Of a stretch of 64,000 bases of DNA, positions 1 through 10,355 are shown piece by piece (position 1 is the first letter of the stretch; every line of letters starts with the position of its first letter). Below the pieces are notes generated by a model. That model had not been told where the DNA came from and made no database searches. It saw nothing but the letters and a program-made list of their open reading frames with translations. The position numbers and the translations under genes were made by a program. Origin of the DNA: Gemmatimonadota bacterium (GTDB lineage: Bacteria > Gemmatimonadota > Gemmatimonadetes > Palauibacterales > Palauibacteraceae); contig OY762926.1 of assembly GCA_963666735.1 (NCBI GenBank), forward strand, positions 3,840,001 to 3,904,000, read 5' to 3'.

Positions 1-1914
1 CGCCTCGTACAGTTCCGGCGACGTCCACGGGTCCTCCCCCAATTGCCCCGAGAGCGCCAGCCGCAGGGCGTTGGCGCGCCCCCGCGTGGAATGACGTTCG
101 TCGCTCGTGGCGCGGAAGGACGGGCACATCACCCCGGGGCTCCGCTTGAGGCACGTTCCGTTGTTGTTGCACATGTCGACCGCCGGCGAGAATCCCCCCC
201 ACTTCTCCCAGTCGAGCGCCGTCGGGAGCTTCCGGGCCTCGAGCCCGTAGCGCGCCCGCAGGAGCGAGGCGTCGTTCATGCGGGGCGGGTCGACGATCTT
301 TCCCGGATTCAGCCGGTCCTCGGGATCGAAGCGGCGCTTGATCTCTCCGAAGACGGAGACGAGGCGCGCGCCGAGCATCGGCTCGAGGAACTCGGAGCGG
401 ATCCAGCCGTCCCCGTGCTCGCCGGAGTGGGATCCCCCCAGTTCACCCGCGAGCGCGAAGGCGTCTACCGCGATCGCGCGCAACCGCTCCACGTCGTCCC
501 CCTCCCGCAGGTCCAGCGCCGGCCGCACGTGGAGGCAGCCGACGGACGCGTGCGCGTACCACACGGCGTGGGTCGCGTGGCGGTCGATGATCTCCGTCAG
601 CCGGCGATGCCACTCCGGCAGCCGCTCGAGCGGGATCGCGCAGTCCTCGATGAAGGCGAGCGGCTTGCGCGCCGCGGGTTGGGACATCGAAATGTTTAGG
701 CCGGCCTTGCGCAGCGCCCAGATGCGGCCCTGGAAGGCAGGGGATTCCGCGCGCGTGACGCCCACGGCGATCCCGCCCAGCACGGACTCGAGCCGCGAGA
801 GGGAGGCCGAGACCCGCTCCGGGTCGTCCCCGGCGAACTCGACCACGAGGATGTCGCGCGGCCGGCCGCTCCCGTCCTCCCCGAGCTGTCGAAGCACGCT
901 CTCGAAACTCGGCATCCGCGCGGCCAGCCCGAGCACGGTCGCGTCGAACAGTTCCACCGCCGTCGGTTCGAGCGCGACGATCGCCGGAACCGCGGCCAGC
1001 GCCGCGCCGGTGCCGTCGAAGCGACACACGCCGAGCGCGCGCACGGCCGGAATGGGCTGAAGGTCGAGTTCGAGCGCGGTGAAGAGCGCGAGCGTCCCCT
1101 CCGAGCCCACGAGAAGATCCGACAGTCCGGAGCCCTCCCGGCCCAGACGGTGCAACGCATAGCCGGCCACATGCCGCGGAACGTCCGGCACCCGCCGCGC
1201 CAGCTCGTCGGCCTCGCGCCTGTAGAGCGCCCGCATGTCGGCTCCGAGGTTGCCCCCGGTCGCCGCGCCGATCGCCGCCCCCGGCGCCGCACCGGGTACC
1301 CCGCCGGGCATGGCGTCGCGGCGGAACTCGGCCCGCCGGCCATCGGCGAGCACCGCTTCGATGCCCCTGACGTGTTCGACCATGTGGCCGTAGCGTACCG
1401 ACCGCGACCCCGCGCTGTTGTTGCCGGCCATGCCCCCCAGCGTGGCGCGGCTCGCCGTCGCCACGTCGATCGGGAAGAAGAGCCCGTGCGGCCGCAGGAA
1501 CGCGTTCAGCCGGTCCAGCACGATCCCCGGCTCGACCACGACGCGCCGGGCGTCCGGATCGAAGTCGAGCACCCCGTCCAGCCCCCGGCTCGTGTCGAGG
1601 ACCACGCCGCGGCCGATCGACTGGCCGCTCTGCGACGTCCCCGCCCCGCGCACGACGACCGAAGTCCCGTGCTCGCCCGCCGTCTCCACCGCCCGCCGCA
1701 CGTCGCCGGCGGATTCCGGGAACACGACCCCCAGCGGCTCCACCTGGTAGATCGACGCATCCGTGCTGTACAGCCCGCGCGTGAAACGGTCGAAGCGGAC
1801 CTCGCCTCGGAGGCGCGCCCGAAGCCGAGCTTCGAGCCGAACCTCGGACGGAGCGGCGAGTCCGGACCGGGGCCGTTGCGAAGCGGCGCGGTCGTGAGAG
1901 ATTGGGCGGGTCAC
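1..1914 (-). CDS. FAD-binding (GlcD/D-lactate dehydrogenase-like) oxidoreductase, probably with C-terminal Fe-S domain; runs off the left edge
   Basis: Read manually on the minus strand from GTG at 1914: ...RLRGEVRFDRFTRGLYSTDASIYQVEPLGVVFP...RGAGTSQSGQ...ATLGGMAGNNSAGSRS; absent from the ORF track because it is open at the window edge. Confidence 0.85.
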   Translation of the reverse strand, partial: MTRPISHDRAASQRPRSGLAAPSEVRLEARLRARLRGEVRFDRFTRGLYSTDASIYQVEPLGVVFPESAGDVRRAVETAGEHGTSVVVRGAGTSQSGQSIGRGVVLDTSRGLDGVLDFDPDARRVVVEPGIVLDRLNAFLRPHGLFFPIDVATASRATLGGMAGNNSAGSRSVRYGHMVEHVRGIEAVLADGRRAEFRRDAMPGGVPGAAPGAAIGAATGGNLGADMRALYRREADELARRVPDVPRHVAGYALHRLGREGSGLSDLLVGSEGTLALFTALELDLQPIPAVRALGVCRFDGTGAALAAVPAIVALEPTAVELFDATVLGLAARMPSFESVLRQLGEDGSGRPRDILVVEFAGDDPERVSASLSRLESVLGGIAVGVTRAESPAFQGRIWALRKAGLNISMSQPAARKPLAFIEDCAIPLERLPEWHRRLTEIIDRHATHAVWYAHASVGCLHVRPALDLREGDDVERLRAIAVDAFALAGELGGSHSGEHGDGWIRSEFLEPMLGARLVSVFGEIKRRFDPEDRLNPGKIVDPPRMNDASLLRARYGLEARKLPTALDWEKWGGFSPAVDMCNNNGTCLKRSPGVMCPSFRATSDERHSTRGRANALRLALSGQLGEDPWTSPELYEA

Positions 1915-1964
1915 GAGCCAAGTTGTATCGGCGGAAGCCCCGACCTGACAAGAGCGAGCCACCC

Positions 1965-3134
1965 TTGACCTACCGCAGCGGCAGACACTTCCTCCAGCTC
2001 CCGGGCCCGACTGCGGTGCCGGGGCGCGTTTTCAGGGCCATGAACCGGTCCGTCATCGACCACCGCGGACCCGGGTTCGGGGAGATGGTGCTGGGATTGT
2101 TCGACGGCTTGAAATGGGTGTTCGGGGACCCCGCGCACGTCTTCATCTTCGCCTCCTCCGCGACCGGGTGCTGGGAAAGCGCCCTCGCCAACGTCCTTTC
2201 TCCCGGCGACCGCGTTCTCCTCTGGAGCAACGGGTTCTTCGCCTCGAAGTGGGGAGAGGTGGGACGGTCCCTCGGCCTGCGGGTGGAGGTCATCGACGGG
2301 GACTGGCGGCGCCCCGCGGATTCGGAGAGAATCGCGGCGCGGCTCGCGGACGACGCGAAGCGGCGGATCCGCGGGGTGCTCGTCGTCCACAACGAGACGT
2401 CGACGGGCGTGACCAGCGACATCGCCGCCGTCCGCGCCGCGCTCGATGAGACCGGCCATCCGGCGCTCCTCATGGTCGACGCGGTCTCCTCGCTCGCCGC
2501 CGCCCCCTACCGGCAGGCGGAGTGGGGCGTGGACGTCACCGTGTGCGGCTCGCAGAAGGGACTCATGCTCCCGCCGGGCCTCGGGTTCTGCGCCGTGAGC
2601 GAGAAGGCGCTCGCCCGCCACCGCGCCGGCCCCGGGACCCCGCGCTCCTACTTCGACTGGACGGCGATGCTGCGCGACAACGAGGGCGGCTACTTCCCCT
2701 ACACGCCGCCCACGACGCTCCTCTACGGGCTCGAGGCGTCGCTCGCGATGCTGCGGGAAGAGGGGGCCGAAGCCACCTTCGCCCGCCACGCCCGCCACGG
2801 CGAGGCCACGCGCCGGGCCGTCGCCGCCTGGGGTCTGCGCAACTACTGTCAGGATCCGACGGCGGTGTCGAGCGCCGGTACGACCGTGATGGTGGGGGAC
2901 GGGGAGGACGCCGAAGCGTTCCGCCTCGCCGTGCTCGAACGCTTCGACATGTCGCTGGGGACGGGTCTCGGCCCCCTCAGGGGGAAGGTGTTCCGGATCG
3001 GGCACCTCGGGGATCTCAACGAACTCACGCTGATGGGAGCGCTGGCCGGGGTGGAGATGGGACTGAAGATGAGCGGCATCGCGCACGAACCCGGCGGTCT
3101 GGCCGCCGCCGCCGACTTCCTGGCCGGGGCATGA
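1965..3134 (+). CDS. Class V PLP aminotransferase (serine/alanine-glyoxylate aminotransferase family)
   Basis: MTYRSGRHFLQLPGPT start, VHNETSTG, VDAVSSL, GSQKGLMLPPGL (PLP lysine), FRIGHLG. Confidence 0.92.
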   Translation: MTYRSGRHFLQLPGPTAVPGRVFRAMNRSVIDHRGPGFGEMVLGLFDGLKWVFGDPAHVFIFASSATGCWESALANVLSPGDRVLLWSNGFFASKWGEVGRSLGLRVEVIDGDWRRPADSERIAARLADDAKRRIRGVLVVHNETSTGVTSDIAAVRAALDETGHPALLMVDAVSSLAAAPYRQAEWGVDVTVCGSQKGLMLPPGLGFCAVSEKALARHRAGPGTPRSYFDWTAMLRDNEGGYFPYTPPTTLLYGLEASLAMLREEGAEATFARHARHGEATRRAVAAWGLRNYCQDPTAVSSAGTTVMVGDGEDAEAFRLAVLERFDMSLGTGLGPLRGKVFRIGHLGDLNELTLMGALAGVEMGLKMSGIAHEPGGLAAAADFLAGA

Positions 3135-4180
3135 AGCGGCTTGCGGGGCGGACGCCGAGGCTCGCCCGCGCGACGGCCGCCGCCGGGTCGGCCGTCGCGT
3201 CGGTCGCGGCGGCGCTCATCTCCTTCGGGTGCGCGGGAGAGGGCGGGGAGGCGGGGGTCGTCGAACTCTCCCTGGGCCACGTCGGCTCTCCCGGCTCGCT
3301 CTACGATGTGACGGCCAACGAGTTCGCGCGCCGCGTGAACGAACGGCTCGCGGGCCGGGCCGAACTCCACGTCTACGGCGCGAGCCAGTTCGGCGGCGAC
3401 GACGCGATGCTCCAGCGGCTGCGGCTCGGCACGCTCGACATGTCCATCCCCTCCACGATCATGTCCTCGATGGTCGACGCCTTCGGCCTGTTCGAGATGC
3501 CGTACCTCGTTCGCGACCGCGAGCACATGAAGCGCATCGAGGAGGTCGTGGTGTGGCCCGAACTCGCGCCCCGGGCGGAGGAGGCCGGTTACCGGGTCCT
3601 CGCGGTGTGGGAGAACGGATTCCGTCACATCACGAATTCCCGGCGGCCCATCCGCGGCCCCGAGGACCTGAGCGGGATCAAGCTTCGCACGCCCCGCGGC
3701 GTGTGGCGCGTGAAGCTCTTCCAGGCGCTGGGCGCGAACCCGACGCCGATGCCGTTCTCCGAAGTCTTCGTCGCGCTCCAGACCGGGGTGATGGACGGCC
3801 AGGAGAACCCGCTCACGCAGGTGACGAGTTCCAAGCTGCACGAGGTGCAGGACTACCTTTCCCTCACGGGACATGTGTACAGCCCAGCCTTCGTCACGAC
3901 GGGGGCGGGGCCGTGGGAGCGTCACCCGGCGGACGTTCGCGCCGAGGTGGAGGCGATCGCGCGCGAGATGCAGGCGTTCGTGTATGAGACGGCGGTGCGC
4001 ATGGACGAGGAGTTGCTCGCCGAGTTGGAGGCCACGGAGATGGAGATCAACGCGGCGGACCCGGCGCGCTTCGAGTCCGCCAGCGAGCCTGTGTACGAGG
4101 AGTTCGCCGCGACGGTCGAAGGTGGACAGTCCCTCATCGACAGGGCGCGCGAGGCCGGAACCCCGGAGGCGGACTCATAG
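3131..4180 (+). CDS. dctP: TRAP transporter substrate-binding lipoprotein
   Basis: ENGFRHITNSRRPI, GIKLRTP, EVFVALQTGVMDGQENP; lipobox-like ISFGC; ATG overlaps the upstream stop. Confidence 0.92.
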   Translation: MKRLAGRTPRLARATAAAGSAVASVAAALISFGCAGEGGEAGVVELSLGHVGSPGSLYDVTANEFARRVNERLAGRAELHVYGASQFGGDDAMLQRLRLGTLDMSIPSTIMSSMVDAFGLFEMPYLVRDREHMKRIEEVVVWPELAPRAEEAGYRVLAVWENGFRHITNSRRPIRGPEDLSGIKLRTPRGVWRVKLFQALGANPTPMPFSEVFVALQTGVMDGQENPLTQVTSSKLHEVQDYLSLTGHVYSPAFVTTGAGPWERHPADVRAEVEAIAREMQAFVYETAVRMDEELLAELEATEMEINAADPARFESASEPVYEEFAATVEGGQSLIDRAREAGTPEADS

Positions 4181-4187
4181 CCGGGTC

Positions 4188-4715
4188 ATGCTGAGGACGG
4201 GCGTCCGGCGCTTCCTGGAGGGAGCGGTGCTCGTCCTGCTGGCGTCGCTCGCCGTGGTCGTCGTGGTGGGGGTCGGCTTCCGGAAAGCGGGAGCGGCGCT
4301 CGTGTGGTACGACGAGGTGGCGTCCATCCTCCTCGCGTGGCTCACCTACTACGGGGCGGCGCTCGCGGCGCTGCGCCGGGCGCACGTCGGCGTGCCCACG
4401 CTGGCCCAGCGCCTGACGGGGCGCGCGCGGGTCGCCGTCGTGCTCGTGGCCGAGGGCGCGATCATTGCCTTCTTCGCAGCCGTCGCATGGTCGGGTTGGC
4501 AGGTTGTCCGCGTGCTCGAGGGGACCACGCTCGTGAGTCTTCCCTCCGTGCCCGCCGCGCTGGCGCAGTCCGTGATTCCCATCGGCGCCGTCCTCTTCAT
4601 CGTCGCCCAGCTTCTGGGGCTGAAGGACGCGCTTTCCCCGGAGACCGCCCGCTCCGACGAGACGGTCTCGGCCGGTGAGACGGCCGGCGAGGCGACTGGG
4701 GAGGACGAGCCGTGA
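4188..4715 (+). CDS. dctQ: TRAP transporter small permease
   Basis: Four hydrophobic segments, WYDEVASILLAWLTYYGAALA motif, lies between dctP and dctM. Confidence 0.88.
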   Translation: MLRTGVRRFLEGAVLVLLASLAVVVVVGVGFRKAGAALVWYDEVASILLAWLTYYGAALAALRRAHVGVPTLAQRLTGRARVAVVLVAEGAIIAFFAAVAWSGWQVVRVLEGTTLVSLPSVPAALAQSVIPIGAVLFIVAQLLGLKDALSPETARSDETVSAGETAGEATGEDEP

Positions 4716-5995
4716 CGTTCCTCATCCTCTTCGTCGGCCTGCTGATCCTCATCGCCCTCGGGGTCCCCATCGCGGTCGCGCTCGGGATCGTGGCGCTCGT
4801 CGCCATGCTCGCCTCGGGCGGCGTCGCCATGCTCCCCAACGCGGGCCTCGTCCTGTTCGACGGGGCGACCTCGTTCCCGCTCATCGCGATCCCCCTCTTC
4901 ATCCTCGCGGGCGCGATCATGAACGCGACCGGGATCTCGCGCCGGCTTATCGCCTTCGCCTCCGCGCTCGTCGGGTTCATCCGCGGCGGCCTCTCGATGG
5001 TCGGCATCTCCGCCTCCCTCTTCTTCGCGGAGATCTCGGGCTCGGCCGTGGCCGACGTGGCCGCCCTCGGCTCCATCCTCATCCCGGCCATGAAGAAGCG
5101 CGGCTACCGGACGCCGTTCGCCGCGGCCGTGATGTCTTCCTCGGCCACGCTCGCCGTCATCATCCCCCCGTCCATCCCCATGATCCTGTACGGCGTCATG
5201 GCCGAGGCCTCGGTCGTCGAACTGTTCGTCGCCGGCATCGTGCCCGGCGTGCTCGGCGGCCTGCTGCTGATGTTCGCGGCCTGGCTCTACGCCCGCCGCC
5301 ACGACTTCCCCGTGGAGGGACGGTTCGAACTCCGCCGCGTGTGGACGACGGCGCGCGAGGCGGGGTGGGCGCTACTCCTGCCCGCGATCATCCTGGGCGG
5401 GATCTTCAGCGGCTGGGTCACGGCGACCGAGGGGGCGGGGCTCGCTGTCGTCGCGTCGCTCGTCGTGGGCGGGCTCATCTACCGCGAACTCGACCTCGCC
5501 CACCTGCGCGAGGCGATGCTGGAGGGCGGCGTGCAGACGGCCGTCGTCATGCTCCTCGTCGCGACCTCCGCCCTGCTCGGCGACTACCTCACCGAACAAC
5601 GGCTTCCCCAGCAGGTCGCGGCCGGGATCATGGGGCTCACCGACAACAAGTGGCTCATCCTCGCGCTGCTCAACGTCTTCTTCCTCGTCATCGGTCTCTT
5701 CCTGCACTCGGCCGCGGCGATCATCCTCGTCGTACCCATCGTGATGCCGCTCGTGCGCGCGGCGGGGATCGACCCCGTACACTTCGGGCTCATCGTCACC
5801 CTCAACCTCGGCATCGGCCAGCAGACGCCCCCGGTCGCGAGCGTGCTCGTGACCGCCTGCTCGGTCGCCAAGGCGGACATCTGGGAGGTGAGCAAGGTCA
5901 ACCTCCGCTTCATCGCCGTCCTCGTCGCGGTCCTCCTGCTGGTCACGTACGTGCCGGCGATCCCCCTCGCCCTGGTGAACGTCTTCTACCACTGA
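4712..5995 (+). CDS. dctM: TRAP transporter large permease
   Basis: 427 aa hydrophobic; ISGSAVADVAA, IIPPSIPMILY, GIDPVHFG, QTPPVA motifs. Confidence 0.95.
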   Translation: MTFLILFVGLLILIALGVPIAVALGIVALVAMLASGGVAMLPNAGLVLFDGATSFPLIAIPLFILAGAIMNATGISRRLIAFASALVGFIRGGLSMVGISASLFFAEISGSAVADVAALGSILIPAMKKRGYRTPFAAAVMSSSATLAVIIPPSIPMILYGVMAEASVVELFVAGIVPGVLGGLLLMFAAWLYARRHDFPVEGRFELRRVWTTAREAGWALLLPAIILGGIFSGWVTATEGAGLAVVASLVVGGLIYRELDLAHLREAMLEGGVQTAVVMLLVATSALLGDYLTEQRLPQQVAAGIMGLTDNKWLILALLNVFFLVIGLFLHSAAAIILVVPIVMPLVRAAGIDPVHFGLIVTLNLGIGQQTPPVASVLVTACSVAKADIWEVSKVNLRFIAVLVAVLLLVTYVPAIPLALVNVFYH

Positions 5996-6102
5996 TGTGA
6001 CGCCGGACTGACACGAGCCATCGTACTTAGGGGGACGCGTGACCGGCGATTCGGCCTCTCGCCCGCGAATCCCTCCGCACGCAGCGACGCAGATACATTG
6101 CG

Positions 6103-6342
6103 ATGGTGGCGGGTGATGACCAGACAATCTGGCTCCGGGAGGGGGTCGGGGCCAGCGAGGGGCCGTCATCAAGGTGGGCGGCCTATCGCTTTGGACAGGG
6201 GTTTCTTGGAGTCGCCGCTCTCCCGGAGGGGCACGAGCTGATGGCTGAATCTGGAGGACTGCTTTGGACCAAGAGCTGGGACAGTCTGGGGCTGCCCGGC
6301 GTCACGGGGTGGAAGATCTCGTGGCCGGGAGGGTTGGAATGA
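6103..6342 (+). pseudogene. C-terminal remnant of a beta-propeller-type secreted protein
   Basis: Ends ...GVAALPEGHELMAESGGLLWTKSWDSLGLPGVTGWKI, resembling the C-termini of the propeller proteins at 26180, 27264 and 33481; no N-terminal part; stop overlaps the next ATG. Confidence 0.45.
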
Positions 6343-7022
6343 GACGAATGAGGGCTTCGAGGAGACGCTGCGCCTTCCGTCCGCCCACGAGGACGCTTGT
6401 TGCGGTGCTCGGGCTATGGGCCGCCGGGGGCGCGGATCTGACGGGCCAGGAGCCGGACTGCGGCGGGCGCGGCGTGCTCCGGGTGGTGGTACTCGACCAG
6501 TCCGGGTCGGTTCCGATCCCCGGGGCAACGGTCGTGCTGCGCTGGACCGAGGCGGAGAGCGCGCGAAGGCCGGTGCGCGAGGACGCCGGACCCGGCGGGC
6601 AACTCGTCCTGTGCGCCCCGCGCGACGCCCGGCAAGCCACGGTGTGGGCCGAGTTCGGGGACGCGTCGAGCGACGAGGCGGTGGTTCCCATCGCCGCCGG
6701 GGCCTCGCGCGAGGCGAGACTCCTGCTTCACCTGGGCGATCTGCGTACGGGGCGCCTGACCGGCGAGGTGCGCGACGCTCTCACGGAGAACCCCGTCGCG
6801 ACGGCGGCGGTGTCGGTTCAGGGCCGGGCCGAGGTGGCCGAGACCAACCGAATGGGGCGGTTCATCCTGAGCGGCGTCCCGGTGGGCGTCCACGAGCTTT
6901 CGGTGAGGCATCTGGGGTACGCGCCCCTTGTCCACGAAGTGACGGTGTCGCGCGGCATCACGACGAATGCAGACTCGTCAACGCTCGATGGACGTCGGGG
7001 TTCGAGCCGGGCGGCTGCGTGA
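6339..7022 (+). pseudogene. Secreted protein with two carboxypeptidase-regulatory-like (transthyretin-like) domains, truncated
   Basis: Signal-like N-terminus; VVLDQSGSVPIPGATV and LTGEVRDALTENPVATAAV...GRFILSGVPVGVHELSVRHLGY; an out-of-frame TonB-plug-like piece (GVVLDGTRL...IDQFVKPVEVAG) follows at about 7022-7110. Confidence 0.65.
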
Positions 7023-7170
7023 TGGGCGTCGTGCTTGACGGCACGAGACTGCGCGTACGGGAAGGGGACACGATTGACCAGTTCGTGAAGCCGGTCGAGG
7101 TGGCGGGACCCGACTCGATCCCGACCCACCTGACCCAGCCCTCGCGGGCGATCGTCGACGATCCTGCCCT

Positions 7171-7198
7171 TGTTAGGTTTCTCCGCCTCGCGGCATCC
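7171..7198 (+). promoter_or_regulatory. Putative ECF sigma-dependent promoter (autoregulatory copy)
   Basis: TGTTAGGTTTC-N8-GCGGCATCC about 95 nt upstream of the ECF sigma gene; same motif and spacing at 10328 and 32958. Confidence 0.6.
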
Positions 7199-7291
7199 AG
7201 GGAATACAGGCCGGGCATGCGTCGATGAATCCGGCCATGCAGCAGGGATCGAGAAATACGAAAGGAGTCGGGAAGAGACGCTGATGAACCC

Positions 7292-7813
7292 GTGGTGATC
7301 GAAGCAAATCGAGAGGGGCGACTGGTCCGGCAGGCCGCGGCCGGGGACCCCGAGGCTCTCCACGTACTGTACGAGGAGCATTCGGACACGGTGTTCGCCG
7401 TCGCGTACCGTCTTACCGACTCCTCCGCCGATGCAAAGGACGTGCTGCAGAACGTCTTCGTCCAGTTGCCCCGCGCCCTCGCGACGTTCGATCAGAGGAG
7501 TTCGCTCGGCACGTGGCTGCGCGTCGTCGCGACGCGAGCGGCCCTGCAGTTGATCCGGGCGCGCCGGCGGCGTCGCGAAGTTCCCTTCGAGCATGACCTG
7601 TCGAGCCGTCCCCCTCCCATCCTGGACACGATCGCGCTGGAGCGGGCCCTGGCCGCCCTGCCGGACACGCTCAGGACGGTGATCATTCTGAAGGAAATCG
7701 AAGGATATTCCCACAAGGAAATTGGCGAATTTCTTGAGATTGCGCCCTCGGCGTCCATGGTCCGGCTCTCGCGGGCCAGGGCCTCGCTGCGGGCCGCGCT
7801 GGGAGGAACGTAG
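7292..7813 (+). CDS. ECF (sigma-70 group 4) RNA polymerase sigma factor
   Basis: Region 2 (AAAGDPEAL...DAKDVLQNVF...TWLRVVA) and region 4 (ALPDTLRTVIILKEIEGYSHKEIGEFL...RLSRAR). Confidence 0.93.
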   Translation: MVIEANREGRLVRQAAAGDPEALHVLYEEHSDTVFAVAYRLTDSSADAKDVLQNVFVQLPRALATFDQRSSLGTWLRVVATRAALQLIRARRRRREVPFEHDLSSRPPPILDTIALERALAALPDTLRTVIILKEIEGYSHKEIGEFLEIAPSASMVRLSRARASLRAALGGT

Positions 7814-7815
7814 AC

Positions 7816-9927
7816 ATGCATATCGACTATTCGACGCTCAGCGCGTTCGCCGATGGCGATCTCGACCCGGCGATGTCGGAGGCCGTCAGCGCACACCTTC
7901 GCATGTGCGCGAAGTGCCGCGGAGAGGTCCAGTTCATCCGGTCGCTCGGCGATGGGCTCAGAGCCCTGCAGACGCCGTTGGCGCCTCGCAACGCCATCGA
8001 CGGCATCTGGCCCGAGGAACGAGAGGCCACGCGGATCCTCGGGCTGCCGCTGAAGCAACGCCAGCCCGTGCGGCGAGGGCCGTTGCTCGCGCTCGCAGCC
8101 GGTGTGGTGGGGCTGATGGCGGCGGCCCTCGTCCTCACCTTCGGCGCGGGTCGGGCCATGGCGGGGCCCAGTTCGCTGACGATGGAACGGGTCGACAGCG
8201 GAGTCATGACGCTGCGCTACGAGACCACCTCCCCGCTGGCGGCGGAAAGCCGCGTCCGCGCGCGGATCCGGTACTGGGTTCCCGACTCGCTCGGATTCTC
8301 GCAGAACGAAGGCGGTTTCAGCGAGATCGAACTTGGGCGGGAAGCTCCCGGACGTTTTGGCGGGGTCGTCGACCTGCCGCCCGGCACCGTCTACGCGGCC
8401 GCCACGGTCGAGGACCTCGAAGGGAGCCACGTCGACACCGATTTCGGCCGGTTCTGGGAGTATCTCGAGACCGACGCCGCCGGGCGCCCAACCCTGGAAT
8501 CGCGGCGCTACCAGATCCTGGCCGCCCTTGAGTTCAATGCTCCCCGCGCCGCAGTGCTGGCGCGGCGGGCCTCCGGGAAATTCCCGGAGCAGCCCCTGTT
8601 CTGGTTCTGGCGCCTCTCCTTCGACCTCGCCGCCCTGCCGCCGGCGTCGATCGACACCCTGCTACCGACCCACGCAGCGCGTCTCGATCTCTTGGCTCGT
8701 GCCGCCGAGGAACGGGATCCGGGACCGGTGGAGATCGACGCGCTCGTCCGCTACGCGAGACTTCTCGACCGCGCGGACCTTGCCGATTATTGGCAGAGCG
8801 TCCTGAGCACGCGCCATCCCCGCCACGGCGCGGCCGCCATGATCCGCATTCAGGACATCGTTCTTTCCCGGATTTCGACCGAAGAGAAGCTGGTTGCGCT
8901 CGAAGACGACTGGGAGAGCATCGGGGGCGAAGCCACGGCGCAACTCGGGTTGCGATACTCCCACGAGTTGGCGGACCCGGTGCTCACCGAGCGATGGCTG
9001 GACCGGTACGAGACCGGTTCCTGGGGACGCAGTCCGAGCGCCGATGCGGCAGTCGCGCGAAACTTGATGGACGTCCCCGCGCTCTGGGCCCTGGCCGAAC
9101 GCTGGATCCTCGACCGCCTCTCGGACAGCCGTGACTGGGTTGGCCCGGCACGTCGACTCGATGAGTCGCGTTACAACTTCGAGACGCAGACTCGGCGTAA
9201 CCGCGCGCGCCTCTACCTCGACCTTGCCCGTATACGCCTTGGTAACGGCGACTTGGCGGGCGGGATCGACGCATTGGAGCGATCAGTCGAGGAGACATGG
9301 GATCCACGGGTCTTCGCGCGCGCCGCCGAGATCCATCGCTCGCTGGGTTCCGAGGCTCGCGCCATCGAATTGAATTCACTGGCGCAAGCGGATCCGGTGG
9401 CGCCCCTCGAGCCGTATCTCTCGGTCGGCGGCGATGCCGGACCGCCCGGACTCACCGGTATCCAACGCGCTGCGGCGCAGGCGGCCATGCGGGAACGGGT
9501 CCTGGCGGGGCTGCTGGACGAGTACACCAGCCTGGACGTGCCACTTAGAACCGAGACCGGCGCCGGAACAACCCTCGAACGGGCGGTGCGTGCGGCTCGG
9601 GCAGCTCGTGGCGTCACGCTCGTCCTCCACACCATCCAGCCGGACCTCGTCCCCGATGAGGCGCTTGCACTTCTCAGGTTGAACTCCGACCGACTGGATT
9701 CGGCCGGAGTCGGGACGGTATTGGTGAGCGAACAGCCGGACCCATCGCCGAGCGACAACCCGGGGACGGAATTCCGCTTCCACTACGACCCGGATCACAG
9801 GGTGTGGACTGAACTCCGGGCTTGGCGCGAATTGCAGTACTTCGTCCTGGATGGCGACGGCAGGCTCCGCCACCGTGGAGAAGATCTGGAGACCGCACTC
9901 CGTATTTCACTCGTGCTCGCGATGTAA
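7816..9927 (+). CDS. Zinc-finger (zf-HC2) anti-sigma factor with TM helix and large extracytoplasmic region (TPR-like helices, C-terminal thioredoxin-like fold)
   Basis: LSAFADGDL...HLRMCAKC (HxxxCxxC) at the N-terminus, TM LLALAAGVVGLMAAALVLTF, directly downstream of the ECF gene. Confidence 0.8.
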   Translation: MHIDYSTLSAFADGDLDPAMSEAVSAHLRMCAKCRGEVQFIRSLGDGLRALQTPLAPRNAIDGIWPEEREATRILGLPLKQRQPVRRGPLLALAAGVVGLMAAALVLTFGAGRAMAGPSSLTMERVDSGVMTLRYETTSPLAAESRVRARIRYWVPDSLGFSQNEGGFSEIELGREAPGRFGGVVDLPPGTVYAAATVEDLEGSHVDTDFGRFWEYLETDAAGRPTLESRRYQILAALEFNAPRAAVLARRASGKFPEQPLFWFWRLSFDLAALPPASIDTLLPTHAARLDLLARAAEERDPGPVEIDALVRYARLLDRADLADYWQSVLSTRHPRHGAAAMIRIQDIVLSRISTEEKLVALEDDWESIGGEATAQLGLRYSHELADPVLTERWLDRYETGSWGRSPSADAAVARNLMDVPALWALAERWILDRLSDSRDWVGPARRLDESRYNFETQTRRNRARLYLDLARIRLGNGDLAGGIDALERSVEETWDPRVFARAAEIHRSLGSEARAIELNSLAQADPVAPLEPYLSVGGDAGPPGLTGIQRAAAQAAMRERVLAGLLDEYTSLDVPLRTETGAGTTLERAVRAARAARGVTLVLHTIQPDLVPDEALALLRLNSDRLDSAGVGTVLVSEQPDPSPSDNPGTEFRFHYDPDHRVWTELRAWRELQYFVLDGDGRLRHRGEDLETALRISLVLAM

Positions 9928-10319
9928 CGCGTCACATCTTCGACTACGAGGGCGTTCTCATCGCTCGCGCCGCGGTGCCCGACCCCTTCCGCCCCTCGTC
10001 TGAGCGGGGGAACTCCCGGGGCGACAAGGCGGTGATGTCGGTGGGCTCCGAGACCCGGTACGGGTTCACGGATGTGGCGGCGACGCGTCGCTATGTGTAC
10101 GGCCTGTTCTCCGGCGGGACGGTTTTGGAGGAGGGGACGCCATGGGCCACGAACGAGGTGCAGGTCTACACGTGGGACGGCAAGCTCGCGAAGACCCTGT
10201 ACCTCGACAGAACCGTGCATGCCGTCACCGTGGATGACTCCGATGCGTGGGCTGTACGCGAGCGGAGCGGAACCCCGCCCGTGGGTCGGGCATTTCCGGC
10301 TACCGGAGCCCGGGCCTGA
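9928..10319 (+). pseudogene. C-terminal fragment of a TolB-like/BF3164-type beta-propeller lipoprotein
   Basis: YGFTDVAATRRYVYGLFSG...EVQVYTWDGKLAKTLYLDRTVHAVTVD; no credible start or signal peptide. Confidence 0.55.
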
Positions 10320-10327
10320 CCATGCGA

Positions 10328-10355
10328 TGTAAGGTTTCGCAGGCCTGCGGCATCC
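10328..10355 (+). promoter_or_regulatory. Putative ECF sigma-dependent promoter (second copy)
   Basis: TGTAAGGTTTC-N8-GCGGCATCC, followed by RBS GAAGGAG and ATG at 10421. Confidence 0.6.

Noticed and set aside
43..1968. Overlapping Arg/Pro/Gly-rich ORFs in the track, here and throughout the window
   Set aside because: Shadow frames of real genes in high-GC DNA; no motifs or RBS
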